Source of the DNA: Thermoanaerobaculia bacterium | GTDB taxonomy: Bacteria > Acidobacteriota > Thermoanaerobaculia > UBA5066 | Length of the DNA stretch: 64,000 bases | Direction of reading: 5' to 3' | Assembly (NCBI GenBank): GCA_022071945.1 | Contig: JAJVIN010000025.1 | Location: 5,500-69,499, forward strand | Shown: positions 39,654-47,612 of the stretch, piece by piece | Layout: the number at the start of each line of letters is the position of its first letter | Numbering within the stretch: position 1 is the first letter of the stretch | Translations under genes and position numbers: made by a program | The notes under the pieces: generated by a model | The model's database searches: none | What the model was told of the DNA's origin: nothing | What the model saw: only the letters and a program-made list of their open reading frames with translations

Positions 39654-40973
39654 ATGGACGCGACGACTCTCTACAACGACCACGTTTCCGAACGCCAGCG
39701 CAGGGCCGAGAAGGCTCTCGGCGAAACCGGGTATGACCGGCTCGTCCTTCACTCGGGCCGGCCGTTCACCTACTTCAGCGACGACCAGGACGCTGCGTTC
39801 CGGCGAACTCCGCACTTTGCGCACTGGACTCCCGTCGACGGTCCCGGCCACCTTCTGGCGATCGTGCCGGGAAAGCGGCCGCGGCTGATTCGTGTGAGTC
39901 CCAAGGACTTCTGGTACGCGCCGCCCGCGCCGGTCCCCGCCTTCGCGGCCGAGCCGTTCGAGATCGTCGATGTTTCGACCTCCGACGAGGCCTGGAAGGC
40001 CCTGGGGAATGGTTCCCCGCGGACCGCCTTCATCGGCGAGGCCGTCGACGAGGCCACCGCCCACGGAGTCCCCGCGGCGGACCTCAACCCGAAGCCCCTG
40101 GTTGCCCGCCTCGACTGGGACCGCTCCTACAAGACGGCCTACGAGGTCGAATCGCTTGCCGAGGCGGCCGTCATCTCGGTTCGCGGGTTCAAGGCGGCCG
40201 AGGCCTGCTTTGCAAGCGGCGGCTCCGAACGAGACGCCCATCTCGCCTATATCACCGCCTGTCAGGCCCTGGAAGCGGAGCTCCCCTACGTGACGATCGT
40301 CGGCTTCGACGACCGCTCCGCCACCCTCCACTACCAGGACAAGAGGAGCCGGGAGGCAGCTCCGGGCAAGGTCATGCTCGTCGACGCGGGCGTGACCGTG
40401 CGCGGATACGGATGCGACATCACCCGGACGTACACGAACCCGGACGCGGACCCCGTCTTCGTCGAGATCATCTCCCGGCTGGATGCCCTCCAGCAGCACC
40501 TCTGCGTGGCCGGACGCCCCGGACGGCCCTATCTCGATCTTCACGTGGAGGCCCACAGGAAGATCGCGGAGATCCTCGCCGAGACGGGCATCTTCAGCGT
40601 CCCGGCCGCCGAGGCCTTCGAGAAGGGCCTGACGCGGCCGTTCCTGCCCCACGGGCTCGGCCACTTCCTCGGAATCCAGGTGCATGACGTCGCGGGCCGG
40701 TACCGCGACCGGGAAGGCAACCTCAACCCGCCGCCGCCGGAGTACCCCTACCTCAGGACGACGCGAACGATCGAAGAGGGGATGGTCTACACGATCGAGC
40801 CGGGCATCTATTTCATCCCGATGCTCCTGGCACCGTTCCGGTCGGGCCCTCACGCGGGCGCCTTCAACTGGACCCTCATCGACCGGCTCACCCCGTGCGG
40901 GGGCATCCGGATCGAGGACGACATCCACGTCACGGCCACCGAAAACCGGAATCTGACCCGGCCTGCCTTCTGA
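39654..40973 (+). CDS. pepQ: Xaa-Pro dipeptidase (prolidase)
   Basis: DAG....Y.CDITRT; PHGLGH.LG.QVHDV; TIEPG.YF; GGIRIEDD; AGGAG RBS. Confidence 0.93.
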   Translation: MDATTLYNDHVSERQRRAEKALGETGYDRLVLHSGRPFTYFSDDQDAAFRRTPHFAHWTPVDGPGHLLAIVPGKRPRLIRVSPKDFWYAPPAPVPAFAAEPFEIVDVSTSDEAWKALGNGSPRTAFIGEAVDEATAHGVPAADLNPKPLVARLDWDRSYKTAYEVESLAEAAVISVRGFKAAEACFASGGSERDAHLAYITACQALEAELPYVTIVGFDDRSATLHYQDKRSREAAPGKVMLVDAGVTVRGYGCDITRTYTNPDADPVFVEIISRLDALQQHLCVAGRPGRPYLDLHVEAHRKIAEILAETGIFSVPAAEAFEKGLTRPFLPHGLGHFLGIQVHDVAGRYRDREGNLNPPPPEYPYLRTTRTIEEGMVYTIEPGIYFIPMLLAPFRSGPHAGAFNWTLIDRLTPCGGIRIEDDIHVTATENRNLTRPAF

Positions 40974-41065
40974 AGCCGGTTTTCCAGGAGTCCGGGGCCC
41001 TCTTCGCGGGGCCTGCCGTGGAGTGGGCCTCGCGGGAGGTGGAAGCCGGCGGGCCCCTCCAGCCT

Positions 41066-41803
41066 TCAGGGTGAAGGCGTCGGAGTGACCTCGGCCTCGC
41101 CCGGTCCCCGGACCTCGGCCTCCCCCACGAAGGGAACGAACCGGACCGGCAGGACGCTCCGCTCCTTCACCCCCGTCGGAGTCTTCTCGATCACCTTCAG
41201 CTCCTGGTAGAAACCCCCGACCGGAATCACCATCCTCCCTCCCGGGGCGAGCTGATTCAGGAGCGGCGGGGGCACGTACTCCGGAGCCGCCGTGACGATG
41301 ATGCCGTCGAAGGGGGCGTCCTCGGGGAGGCCGTGGTAGCCATCCCCGACTCGAACCGTCACGTTCGTCAGACCGAGGGCCCTCAGCCTGTCCTCGGCCC
41401 CCTTCGCCAGCTCGGGCCGGATCTCCATCGTGTACACGTGCTTGGCCAGGAGGGCCAGCACCGCGGCCTGGTATCCCGATCCGGTCCCGATCTCGAGGAC
41501 CTTCTCGGTTCCCTTCAGCTGGAGCTGTTCGGTCATGAACGCGACGATGTAGGGCTGGGAGATCGTCTGGCCGCTGCCGATGGGCAGGGGGTGGTCCTCG
41601 TAGGCAAAGGGCGCCTGGCCGGCCGGGACGAAGAGGTGACGGGCGGTCTGCCGCATGGCGGAAAGGACCCGTTCGTCCTTCACCCCCCTGGCGACGATCT
41701 GGGTCTCCACCATCTGGTTCCGGGCCTTCTGGGTCGGATCCCCCCCGGCCTCGCGGTCGCATCCTCCCGAGAAGACGGTTGCAAAGATCGACATAGAGAG
41801 CAT
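41066..41803 (-). CDS. pcm: Protein-L-isoaspartate O-methyltransferase
   Basis: GQTISQPY; VLEIGTGSGYQAA; GDG..G; PFD.IIVTAA; VRFVP. Start uncertain. Confidence 0.95.
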   Translation of the reverse strand: MLSMSIFATVFSGGCDREAGGDPTQKARNQMVETQIVARGVKDERVLSAMRQTARHLFVPAGQAPFAYEDHPLPIGSGQTISQPYIVAFMTEQLQLKGTEKVLEIGTGSGYQAAVLALLAKHVYTMEIRPELAKGAEDRLRALGLTNVTVRVGDGYHGLPEDAPFDGIIVTAAPEYVPPPLLNQLAPGGRMVIPVGGFYQELKVIEKTPTGVKERSVLPVRFVPFVGEAEVRGPGEAEVTPTPSP

Positions 41804-41938
41804 CACCCCCCATCCCCCTCCGCGCCCTCGCGGACCGGCACCTGTGAAGGACATCACAACTCCATTCTAGCGAGGGGCATGCCGGAGGGCGGGAAAAGCA
41901 GCGGTCTTCTGCCCACAACGGCGTTTAGAATCCGGCAA

Positions 41939-44467
41939 ATGCTGCCGGGAAACGGTGAAGCGTCACACCCGCGACTCATCGCGGGCCGGTTCCGCCTCGA
42001 GAACCGTCTCGGGCAAGGCGGTTTCGGGGCGGTCTACCGCGCCTCGGACGAGCTGTTGAGACGGCCCGTCGCCGTCAAGATGCTCCCGATTCCCGAATCC
42101 TGGCAGGAAGAGGACTATCAGCGCTTCCTCAGAGAAGCGAGGATTCTGGCCTCCCTCGAGCACCCCCACATCATCCGGATCTACGACGCGGGACAGACGG
42201 AAGCGGGTCCCTTCATCGTCATGCAGCTCGCAGCCGGTCCCTCCCTCTCCGCGCTCTGCAAGAACGGCCCCCTGGCTTTTTCGGTCGTCGCGGAGGTTCT
42301 GAAGCAGATTCTCGACGCTCTCACCTTCGCGCACTCCCGGGGCGTCATCCACCGCGACATCAAGCCCGGAAACGTCTTGTCAGAGAACGACGGACACTTC
42401 TACCTCGCCGATTTCGGCCTCTCCTCTGCCCGGGACCTTTCCTCCATCGTCCCTTCCGGAGGGGCGGCCGGGACGCTCAACTACATGGCTCCCGAGTGTC
42501 TTCGAGGAGAGGTCTCCTCGGCGTCGGACATCTACTCCCTGGGCGTCCTCGCCCACCGGATCCTCCTCGGCCGGGAACGCTTTACGCCCTCGCCCGGCCA
42601 GCTGCCGGGCGTGACGCCAGCCGGCTTCGGATCAGCAGCCGCGGGGCTGCCGGCGCCGTTCGCCGGCCTCCTGACGTCGATGATGGCGCCTTTCCCCTCC
42701 GATCGTCCCACCCCGGAGGAAGCACTCCGTGTCCTCCGATCGCTCCCGGTCCACGAGCAGGCCGGAGGCGAACTCGAGGAGAAGACCGTATCCCTGGGCG
42801 GCCCCCTCTTCCCCTCTTCCCAGCCGCGTTCCGCCGCCCCCAGCTCTTTCCTCGATCTCGGCGAGTCGGTCTTCGCGGTGGAACGGCTGGCGGAGGAACT
42901 GGAGTCCTGCCTGTCTTCCGGCGGCCCGCTGGACGCCGCCTTTCTCGAGAAGTTCGCACGGCTCCAGGATGGCTGCCAGAAGATCACGGCCAGCCTCGGG
43001 CAGCGAGAGGGCGACTCCGGCCGGCCTCCGGTTGAGGATCCCGCCTTCACCCAGGCGATTGTTCTCGAGACGAGCCGTTCCGTCCTGGATCTCCTCGAGC
43101 GCCTCACCGCCGCGTTCCAGAGGCACACGGACTCGCTCTCCGAGACCGGTGTCGCAGGTGGCATCCTGGCCCTCCAGCTCCACCGATTGCTGATTCCGAG
43201 GCTTTCCCGCAAGGGCCGCGACGCGCAGCCCGCGACGGAAAGCGAGGAGTTCTTCTTCGACGAAGGACCGGAGCAGGACGAGGAAGCCCGCCACGTGGAC
43301 GACCTTCGCTCGGGGCTGCTCTCCCCCGACGAGCTGACCCGGATCGACACGCTCCTCTCACTATCGGCAAAAGGGGCGGAGGCGCTCTTTCAGGTTCTCG
43401 GTTCGGCTCCGGCACAGGATCGTGCGCGGCTCCTGGCCTCGCTCTGGAGCCGGTGCGACATCCTGCTGATGCGGATGCGGACGGCAAGCCGTGCCTTTCT
43501 CGAGAGCATTCCATTCCTGACGCAGGACCCCGAATCCCGGAAGAAGTGGAGGCTTCTCTACGCGCTCTTCAAGAGGACGCCTTCGGGCGACTTCTGGGAC
43601 ATCGACGCCGTGAGGTCCACGGTCGAGGACCTTGACGGGGCGGACCGCCGGGTCTTCTCGCGGTGCTTCCTTCTTCACCCGCACCCGGGGTTCAGGACCT
43701 ACGCGATCGAGGCGCTCGATCCAGGAGACGTCTGGGACTTCGTCCTCGAGGACTCGACCCCTCTCCCACGCCTTCTCGAACTCTGGAATGCCTTCGGGAA
43801 GCGGCTGCCGACGGGGTTCCGGAAGATCTTCTTCGTCTGCCTCAAGCACAGGATCGCCAGCCCCAGGTCCCCCGTGGATGCCCGCGCGGCATTCGAGTTC
43901 CTCGAGTCGTTCTACCGGCTCCCCTTCTTTCACGAGGACAGCTACTTCAGGATGCTGGAACAGGTGCAAGAGGAGCTCCAGAAGGCAGCCTCGGGGCTCG
44001 GAGTGGAAAGAGACCTCGACTCGGAATACTCGACGCTGATGAAGGAGTTCTTCTCGGCGCCGCGGAGCCGGGACGTTCCCGTCGAGGACTGGGCCACCGT
44101 CCCCCTTCCGATCCAGCGCCGGATCGCGCGGAAGGGGCACTTCCTCCGTCACTTCGTCTGCCATCCGGTCGATCCGATCGCCCTGGAGTGCCTGCCCCAC
44201 CTCTTGAGGCTCGAGAGCGTGGCCCCCTACATCTCGATCTTCTCGATCAACTCCCGGGTCCTTCTCGAGCTCGCGCGCGACAGGCGGCTCTTCCAGTGGG
44301 AGGAGGCGCGATTCGCCCTCGTCTCCAACCCGAAGACGCCGTCCTCCGTCGTGGTCCAGTACATCTCGTTTCTGAGGCGCGACAACCTGAAGAAGCTCTC
44401 GGAATCACGCGAGAGCAACCAGTTCGCCCGCCAGTTCGCGGCCAAGCTCCTGGCCCGGCCAGGGTAG
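41939..44467 (+). CDS. Hanks-type Ser/Thr kinase with a long unassigned helical C-terminal region
   Basis: GQGGFGAV; VAVK; HRDIKPGN; DFG; YMAPE; SDIYSLG. No obvious TM helix. Confidence 0.88.
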   Translation: MLPGNGEASHPRLIAGRFRLENRLGQGGFGAVYRASDELLRRPVAVKMLPIPESWQEEDYQRFLREARILASLEHPHIIRIYDAGQTEAGPFIVMQLAAGPSLSALCKNGPLAFSVVAEVLKQILDALTFAHSRGVIHRDIKPGNVLSENDGHFYLADFGLSSARDLSSIVPSGGAAGTLNYMAPECLRGEVSSASDIYSLGVLAHRILLGRERFTPSPGQLPGVTPAGFGSAAAGLPAPFAGLLTSMMAPFPSDRPTPEEALRVLRSLPVHEQAGGELEEKTVSLGGPLFPSSQPRSAAPSSFLDLGESVFAVERLAEELESCLSSGGPLDAAFLEKFARLQDGCQKITASLGQREGDSGRPPVEDPAFTQAIVLETSRSVLDLLERLTAAFQRHTDSLSETGVAGGILALQLHRLLIPRLSRKGRDAQPATESEEFFFDEGPEQDEEARHVDDLRSGLLSPDELTRIDTLLSLSAKGAEALFQVLGSAPAQDRARLLASLWSRCDILLMRMRTASRAFLESIPFLTQDPESRKKWRLLYALFKRTPSGDFWDIDAVRSTVEDLDGADRRVFSRCFLLHPHPGFRTYAIEALDPGDVWDFVLEDSTPLPRLLELWNAFGKRLPTGFRKIFFVCLKHRIASPRSPVDARAAFEFLESFYRLPFFHEDSYFRMLEQVQEELQKAASGLGVERDLDSEYSTLMKEFFSAPRSRDVPVEDWATVPLPIQRRIARKGHFLRHFVCHPVDPIALECLPHLLRLESVAPYISIFSINSRVLLELARDRRLFQWEEARFALVSNPKTPSSVVVQYISFLRRDNLKKLSESRESNQFARQFAAKLLARPG

Positions 44468-44661
44468 CGGGCCCTCTCGAGAGCCGCACCTCCAGCCCGA
44501 AGGCCCTCTCGCGCAGACGCCGGGCCCCCCGAAAGCCGCCGCTCTCGAGGGTGGCCTGCCCGGCCACGCGGGAGAGCCGGGCCGGGTCGATTCCGACGGG
44601 GGTTTTCCCAAGGAACTCGAGGACCTCCGGCACCTACCTCCCGGCGAGGCCCGGACTCACG

Positions 44662-46359
44662 TCACAAGACCCGGGCGGTCAGGACGGTCTGATCGTCGTA
44701 CTGGGGAACTCCGCGGGTGAAGTCCGAAACGGCGTCGAAGATCTTCTGGGTGATCTCGACCGGCGGAGCCGCTCCGGCTTCGCGGACGCAAGCGATCAGG
44801 CGCTCCATCCCGAACTCCTCGTCGGTCGCGGTGTGCGCCTCGGTGATGCCGTCGGAGTAGAAAACGACGAGGTCGCCGCGCAAGAGCCGGACGCTCTCCT
44901 CGCGGTGCGTGACCTTCGGGAGCATCCCGATCGGCACGCCCGAGCTCGGCAGGAGCTCGAAGCCGTCGTCTCTCCAGAGAATTCCGGGGTTGTGCCCCGC
45001 GTTGACATACCGGAGGGTCCGGCTTTCGGGATCGAACATGCCGATCACGACCGTCACGAACTTCCGGGTGGAGCTGAACTGGATCAGGTGCTGGTTGATT
45101 CGCGAAACGAGCGCGGTCAAGGAGATTTCCGGGGTGTCGAGGAGCAGGTGGAGACAGGCGTGGAGCGTCGACACGAGAAGGGCGGCCGGCACCCCTTTTC
45201 CCGCCACGTCGGCCACGCAGAAGGCCGACTGCCCGTTGGGCAGGAAAAAGACGTCGTAGTAGTCGCCGCCGACCTGCCGCGTCGGCCGGTTGCCCCCGGA
45301 AAGCTCCAGACCCGAGAGGGGAGGCAGGTACTCGGGCAGAATCGCCCTCTGGATGGAGGCCGCGAGCTCGATCTCGCGCTCCATCCGCTCCTTCTCGACC
45401 GCCTGCCGGTGCAGGCGGGCGTTCTCCAGGGCGATCGCCGCCTGGTTCCCGAAGAGGGAGAGCGTGCGCGAGTCGGTCTCGCCGAAATCGTCCACGCCTC
45501 CCTGCCGGTTCTCCTTGTCGGCCACGACGAGAACCCCGATCAACTGGTTGTCGGACTCGATCGGAACCGAGAGGAGCTTCTCCGCCGGTGCCGAGGCGAA
45601 GGGCTCCGGACGTTCCTCGGGCTGGTTCGCCACGACGATCTCGCCGGGCAGAAGAAAGGCCTTTTCGGGAGTGATGAGAGGGCTGCCGAAGTGCTTCTGC
45701 AGGACGTGCTCCTCGAGCCGCCCTGGTTCCCAGACGATGAGCGTCCCGCTGCGAGCGTTCAGGAGCGAGATCGACTTGAGCAAGATGTCATCCGCGAGGG
45801 ACTCGAGGTCGAGCGTGCCGGCGATGGAGAGGCCGACGTCGTAGAGGCTCTCGAGCTCCCAGACGCGGTACTTCAGCTCGAAATCGGTCTGTCTCACCCT
45901 CTCCGCGCTTCTCACCCAGGCGAGGATCGAGGCGGCGTGGGCGACGACGGAGGCAAAGCCGGCGGGGTCCTCGGGTTCCGACTCCATGATCGAAAGCGCC
46001 AGGGTCTCGTCCCCCGCGATGAGGGGCACGACGCAGGCGTTTTCGCGGGCGCGGTCGGAACCGAAGAGCTGGGCTCCGACGTCGAGCGGCAAGACGTCCG
46101 CGTCGAGCTTTCCATCCGACAGAGGACGCGTGAGCGCGCGGAGAACCTCCGGCCGCGGGGCAAAACCCGCGGCCAGGGCCCGGGGAGACCGGCCCGACCC
46201 CAGGATGACACCCCGGGCCGCTCCCGCTCCCTCCAGCAGGGCCTTGAGAACCTCTCGAAGAAGAGAGTCGCCGCTCCCCTGCGGATCGATCGAGGCGAGG
46301 TGTCCGTGGGCCCCGATGATGTCCGCTCTCATGGCGGGGACTTCATTCCGCTTCGCCAC
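44662..46359 (-). CDS. GAF-PP2C (SpoIIE/RsbU-like) phosphatase
   Basis: VGGDYYD; ADVAGKG; NAGH; YSDGITE; DDQT; a GAF domain and coiled coil precede the catalytic domain. Alternative start at 46332. Confidence 0.92.
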   Translation of the reverse strand: MAKRNEVPAMRADIIGAHGHLASIDPQGSGDSLLREVLKALLEGAGAARGVILGSGRSPRALAAGFAPRPEVLRALTRPLSDGKLDADVLPLDVGAQLFGSDRARENACVVPLIAGDETLALSIMESEPEDPAGFASVVAHAASILAWVRSAERVRQTDFELKYRVWELESLYDVGLSIAGTLDLESLADDILLKSISLLNARSGTLIVWEPGRLEEHVLQKHFGSPLITPEKAFLLPGEIVVANQPEERPEPFASAPAEKLLSVPIESDNQLIGVLVVADKENRQGGVDDFGETDSRTLSLFGNQAAIALENARLHRQAVEKERMEREIELAASIQRAILPEYLPPLSGLELSGGNRPTRQVGGDYYDVFFLPNGQSAFCVADVAGKGVPAALLVSTLHACLHLLLDTPEISLTALVSRINQHLIQFSSTRKFVTVVIGMFDPESRTLRYVNAGHNPGILWRDDGFELLPSSGVPIGMLPKVTHREESVRLLRGDLVVFYSDGITEAHTATDEEFGMERLIACVREAGAAPPVEITQKIFDAVSDFTRGVPQYDDQTVLTARVL

Positions 46360-46705
46360 GCAACCAGATCAGCGCCGGCTCGGAGGACGGGAACAACCTC
46401 GCGTACTGGGCCAGGCCCATGATGTGGAAGGTCTTCTCGATCGTCGGCGTCAGGTGGCAGAAGGCGAGCCGCCCCTCCTTCTCGAGGACCTTCTCGAGGA
46501 TGTCGAGGAGGATGGAGATCCCGATGGAATTGACGATCTTGGTCTTCTCGAGATCGAGCAGCAGCCGGGTGACCCCCTCGTCCATGAGCGTGTAGGCGCG
46601 GCGGGCAATCTCCTCGCCACCCGTGTTGTTGATGTAGCCGTCGGTCTTGAGCACCGCGATCGATGGACCTGGCCTCTCGACAGAGACCTTGAGCGTCTCA
46701 CTCAT
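46343..46705 (-). CDS. STAS-domain anti-sigma antagonist (RsbV/SpoIIAA-like)
   Basis: LLDL....VNSIGI with the phosphoacceptor Ser; F.IMGL; 120 aa. Confidence 0.92.
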   Translation of the reverse strand: MSETLKVSVERPGPSIAVLKTDGYINNTGGEEIARRAYTLMDEGVTRLLLDLEKTKIVNSIGISILLDILEKVLEKEGRLAFCHLTPTIEKTFHIMGLAQYARLFPSSEPALIWLRGEAE

Positions 46706-46709
46706 TGCG

Positions 46710-47144
46710 TCACCGGTACTTCCTCATGAGGATCCTGGTTCCACGGTCGTTGCTTTCAATCTTCACGTCGTCCATCAGGCTCTCGATGATCTTCAGGCCC
46801 CAGCCCCGCTTGCGGTCGGATTTCAGCTTGGCCGCCAGATCCGGCAGCGGGATCTTCGCCGGATCGAATCCTCGACCTCCGTCGAGGACCGCGATCTGCA
46901 GGAAAAGGCGCCCGTCGTCCTCGTCGGCGACGAAATCCAATTCCACCCGCCGGTCCGGGGTGTGACTGTGCTCGAAAGCATTGATGCAGGCCTCGACAAC
47001 GGCCATCTTCATCTCGTCGATCTTGTCGCGTCCCATGTCGAGCCACTCGCCCAGGGCTGTCACCTGGGCGGTCGCCGCGATCTCCATGTCTGGAGCGACT
47101 GGAATCGAGAGATGCAGTTCTCTCCGCTCGAACCCTTCCATCAA
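46710..47144 (-). CDS. GHKL anti-sigma factor/Ser kinase (RsbW-like)
   Basis: AVVEACINAFEH; D.GRGFD; RGWGL.II..LMD. Confidence 0.92.
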   Translation of the reverse strand: MMEGFERRELHLSIPVAPDMEIAATAQVTALGEWLDMGRDKIDEMKMAVVEACINAFEHSHTPDRRVELDFVADEDDGRLFLQIAVLDGGRGFDPAKIPLPDLAAKLKSDRKRGWGLKIIESLMDDVKIESNDRGTRILMRKYR

Positions 47145-47158
47145 AAGACGGACCCCGC

Positions 47159-47365
47159 TCAGAAAGTCAGTAAAGCCCGGAATACCCTGAAGACAACCGG
47201 GGGGATCTTACCTGACGCGGAGAGCGCGCCCAAAAAGAGCGCCTGAGAGGAAACCACGGCGAGGAGACCCCACGGGGCAGCCTCGAGGACAGCGGAGTCC
47301 CGCCAGGACCTCACGCTCCCTTCAGCAATGTCGGTTCCGTGTGCCACGCTCGCGGACGCTCTCAT
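47159..47365 (-). CDS. Putative 68-aa small membrane protein
   Basis: GGGAGG 6 nt before the ATG at 47365; hydrophobic stretch WGLLAVVSSQALFLGAL; lies just downstream of a sigma-54 motif and stops 14 nt before the rsbW-like gene. Confidence 0.6.
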   Translation of the reverse strand: MRASASVAHGTDIAEGSVRSWRDSAVLEAAPWGLLAVVSSQALFLGALSASGKIPPVVFRVFRALLTF

Positions 47366-47388
47366 CTCGTTCCTCCCACGCCTGTGTC

Positions 47389-47405
47389 CGCAAGTCTCAG
47401 GCCAA
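47389..47405 (-). promoter_or_regulatory. Sigma-54 -24/-12 promoter
   Basis: Minus strand TTGGCCTGAGACTTGCG matches TGGC-N7-TTGC (GG-N10-GC). Confidence 0.8.
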
Positions 47406-47432
47406 CGGGGGAATCCCCCACAAAATTGATCA

Positions 47433-47445
47433 CAAACACTTGATA
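47433..47445 (-). promoter_or_regulatory. IHF-binding site
   Basis: Minus strand TATCAAGTGTTTG is an exact match to WATCAANNNNTTR, in a conspicuously AT-rich patch between the enhancer-like sites and the promoter. Confidence 0.72.
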
Positions 47446-47495
47446 TGGAATAGCTTAGTGTGATGAGGACCCGGAAGGACACGGAAGCCACGCAG

Positions 47496-47612
47496 TGTGA
47501 CAATTCGCCACATTTCCCGGCGAGCCGAGAAAGGAGGCCGGATGAAGCCCTCTCCCCATGCGTTCCCCGGGCACAAGCGCGGCAGAATGCCACACTGTGT
47601 CTCTATGTCACG
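47496..47612. promoter_or_regulatory. Three candidate upstream activator sequences (TGTGRC-N5-GYCACA-like)
   Basis: TGTGAC-aattc-GCCACA (47496-47512), CGCGGC-agaat-GCCACA (47578-47594), TGTGTC-tctat-GTCACG (47596-47612). Confidence 0.62.

Noticed and set aside
43663-46422. 919-aa plus-strand ORF, and similar long shadow ORFs at 39540-41918, 24518-26515, 57391-59313 and 2664-4469
   Set aside because: They overlap well-supported genes in other frames or strands and have Arg/Gly/Pro-rich, non-domain composition.
47325-47346. TGGCAC...TTGC on the minus strand as a second sigma-54 promoter
   Set aside because: The spacing is 7 nt too long for -24/-12, and it lies inside the small ORF.
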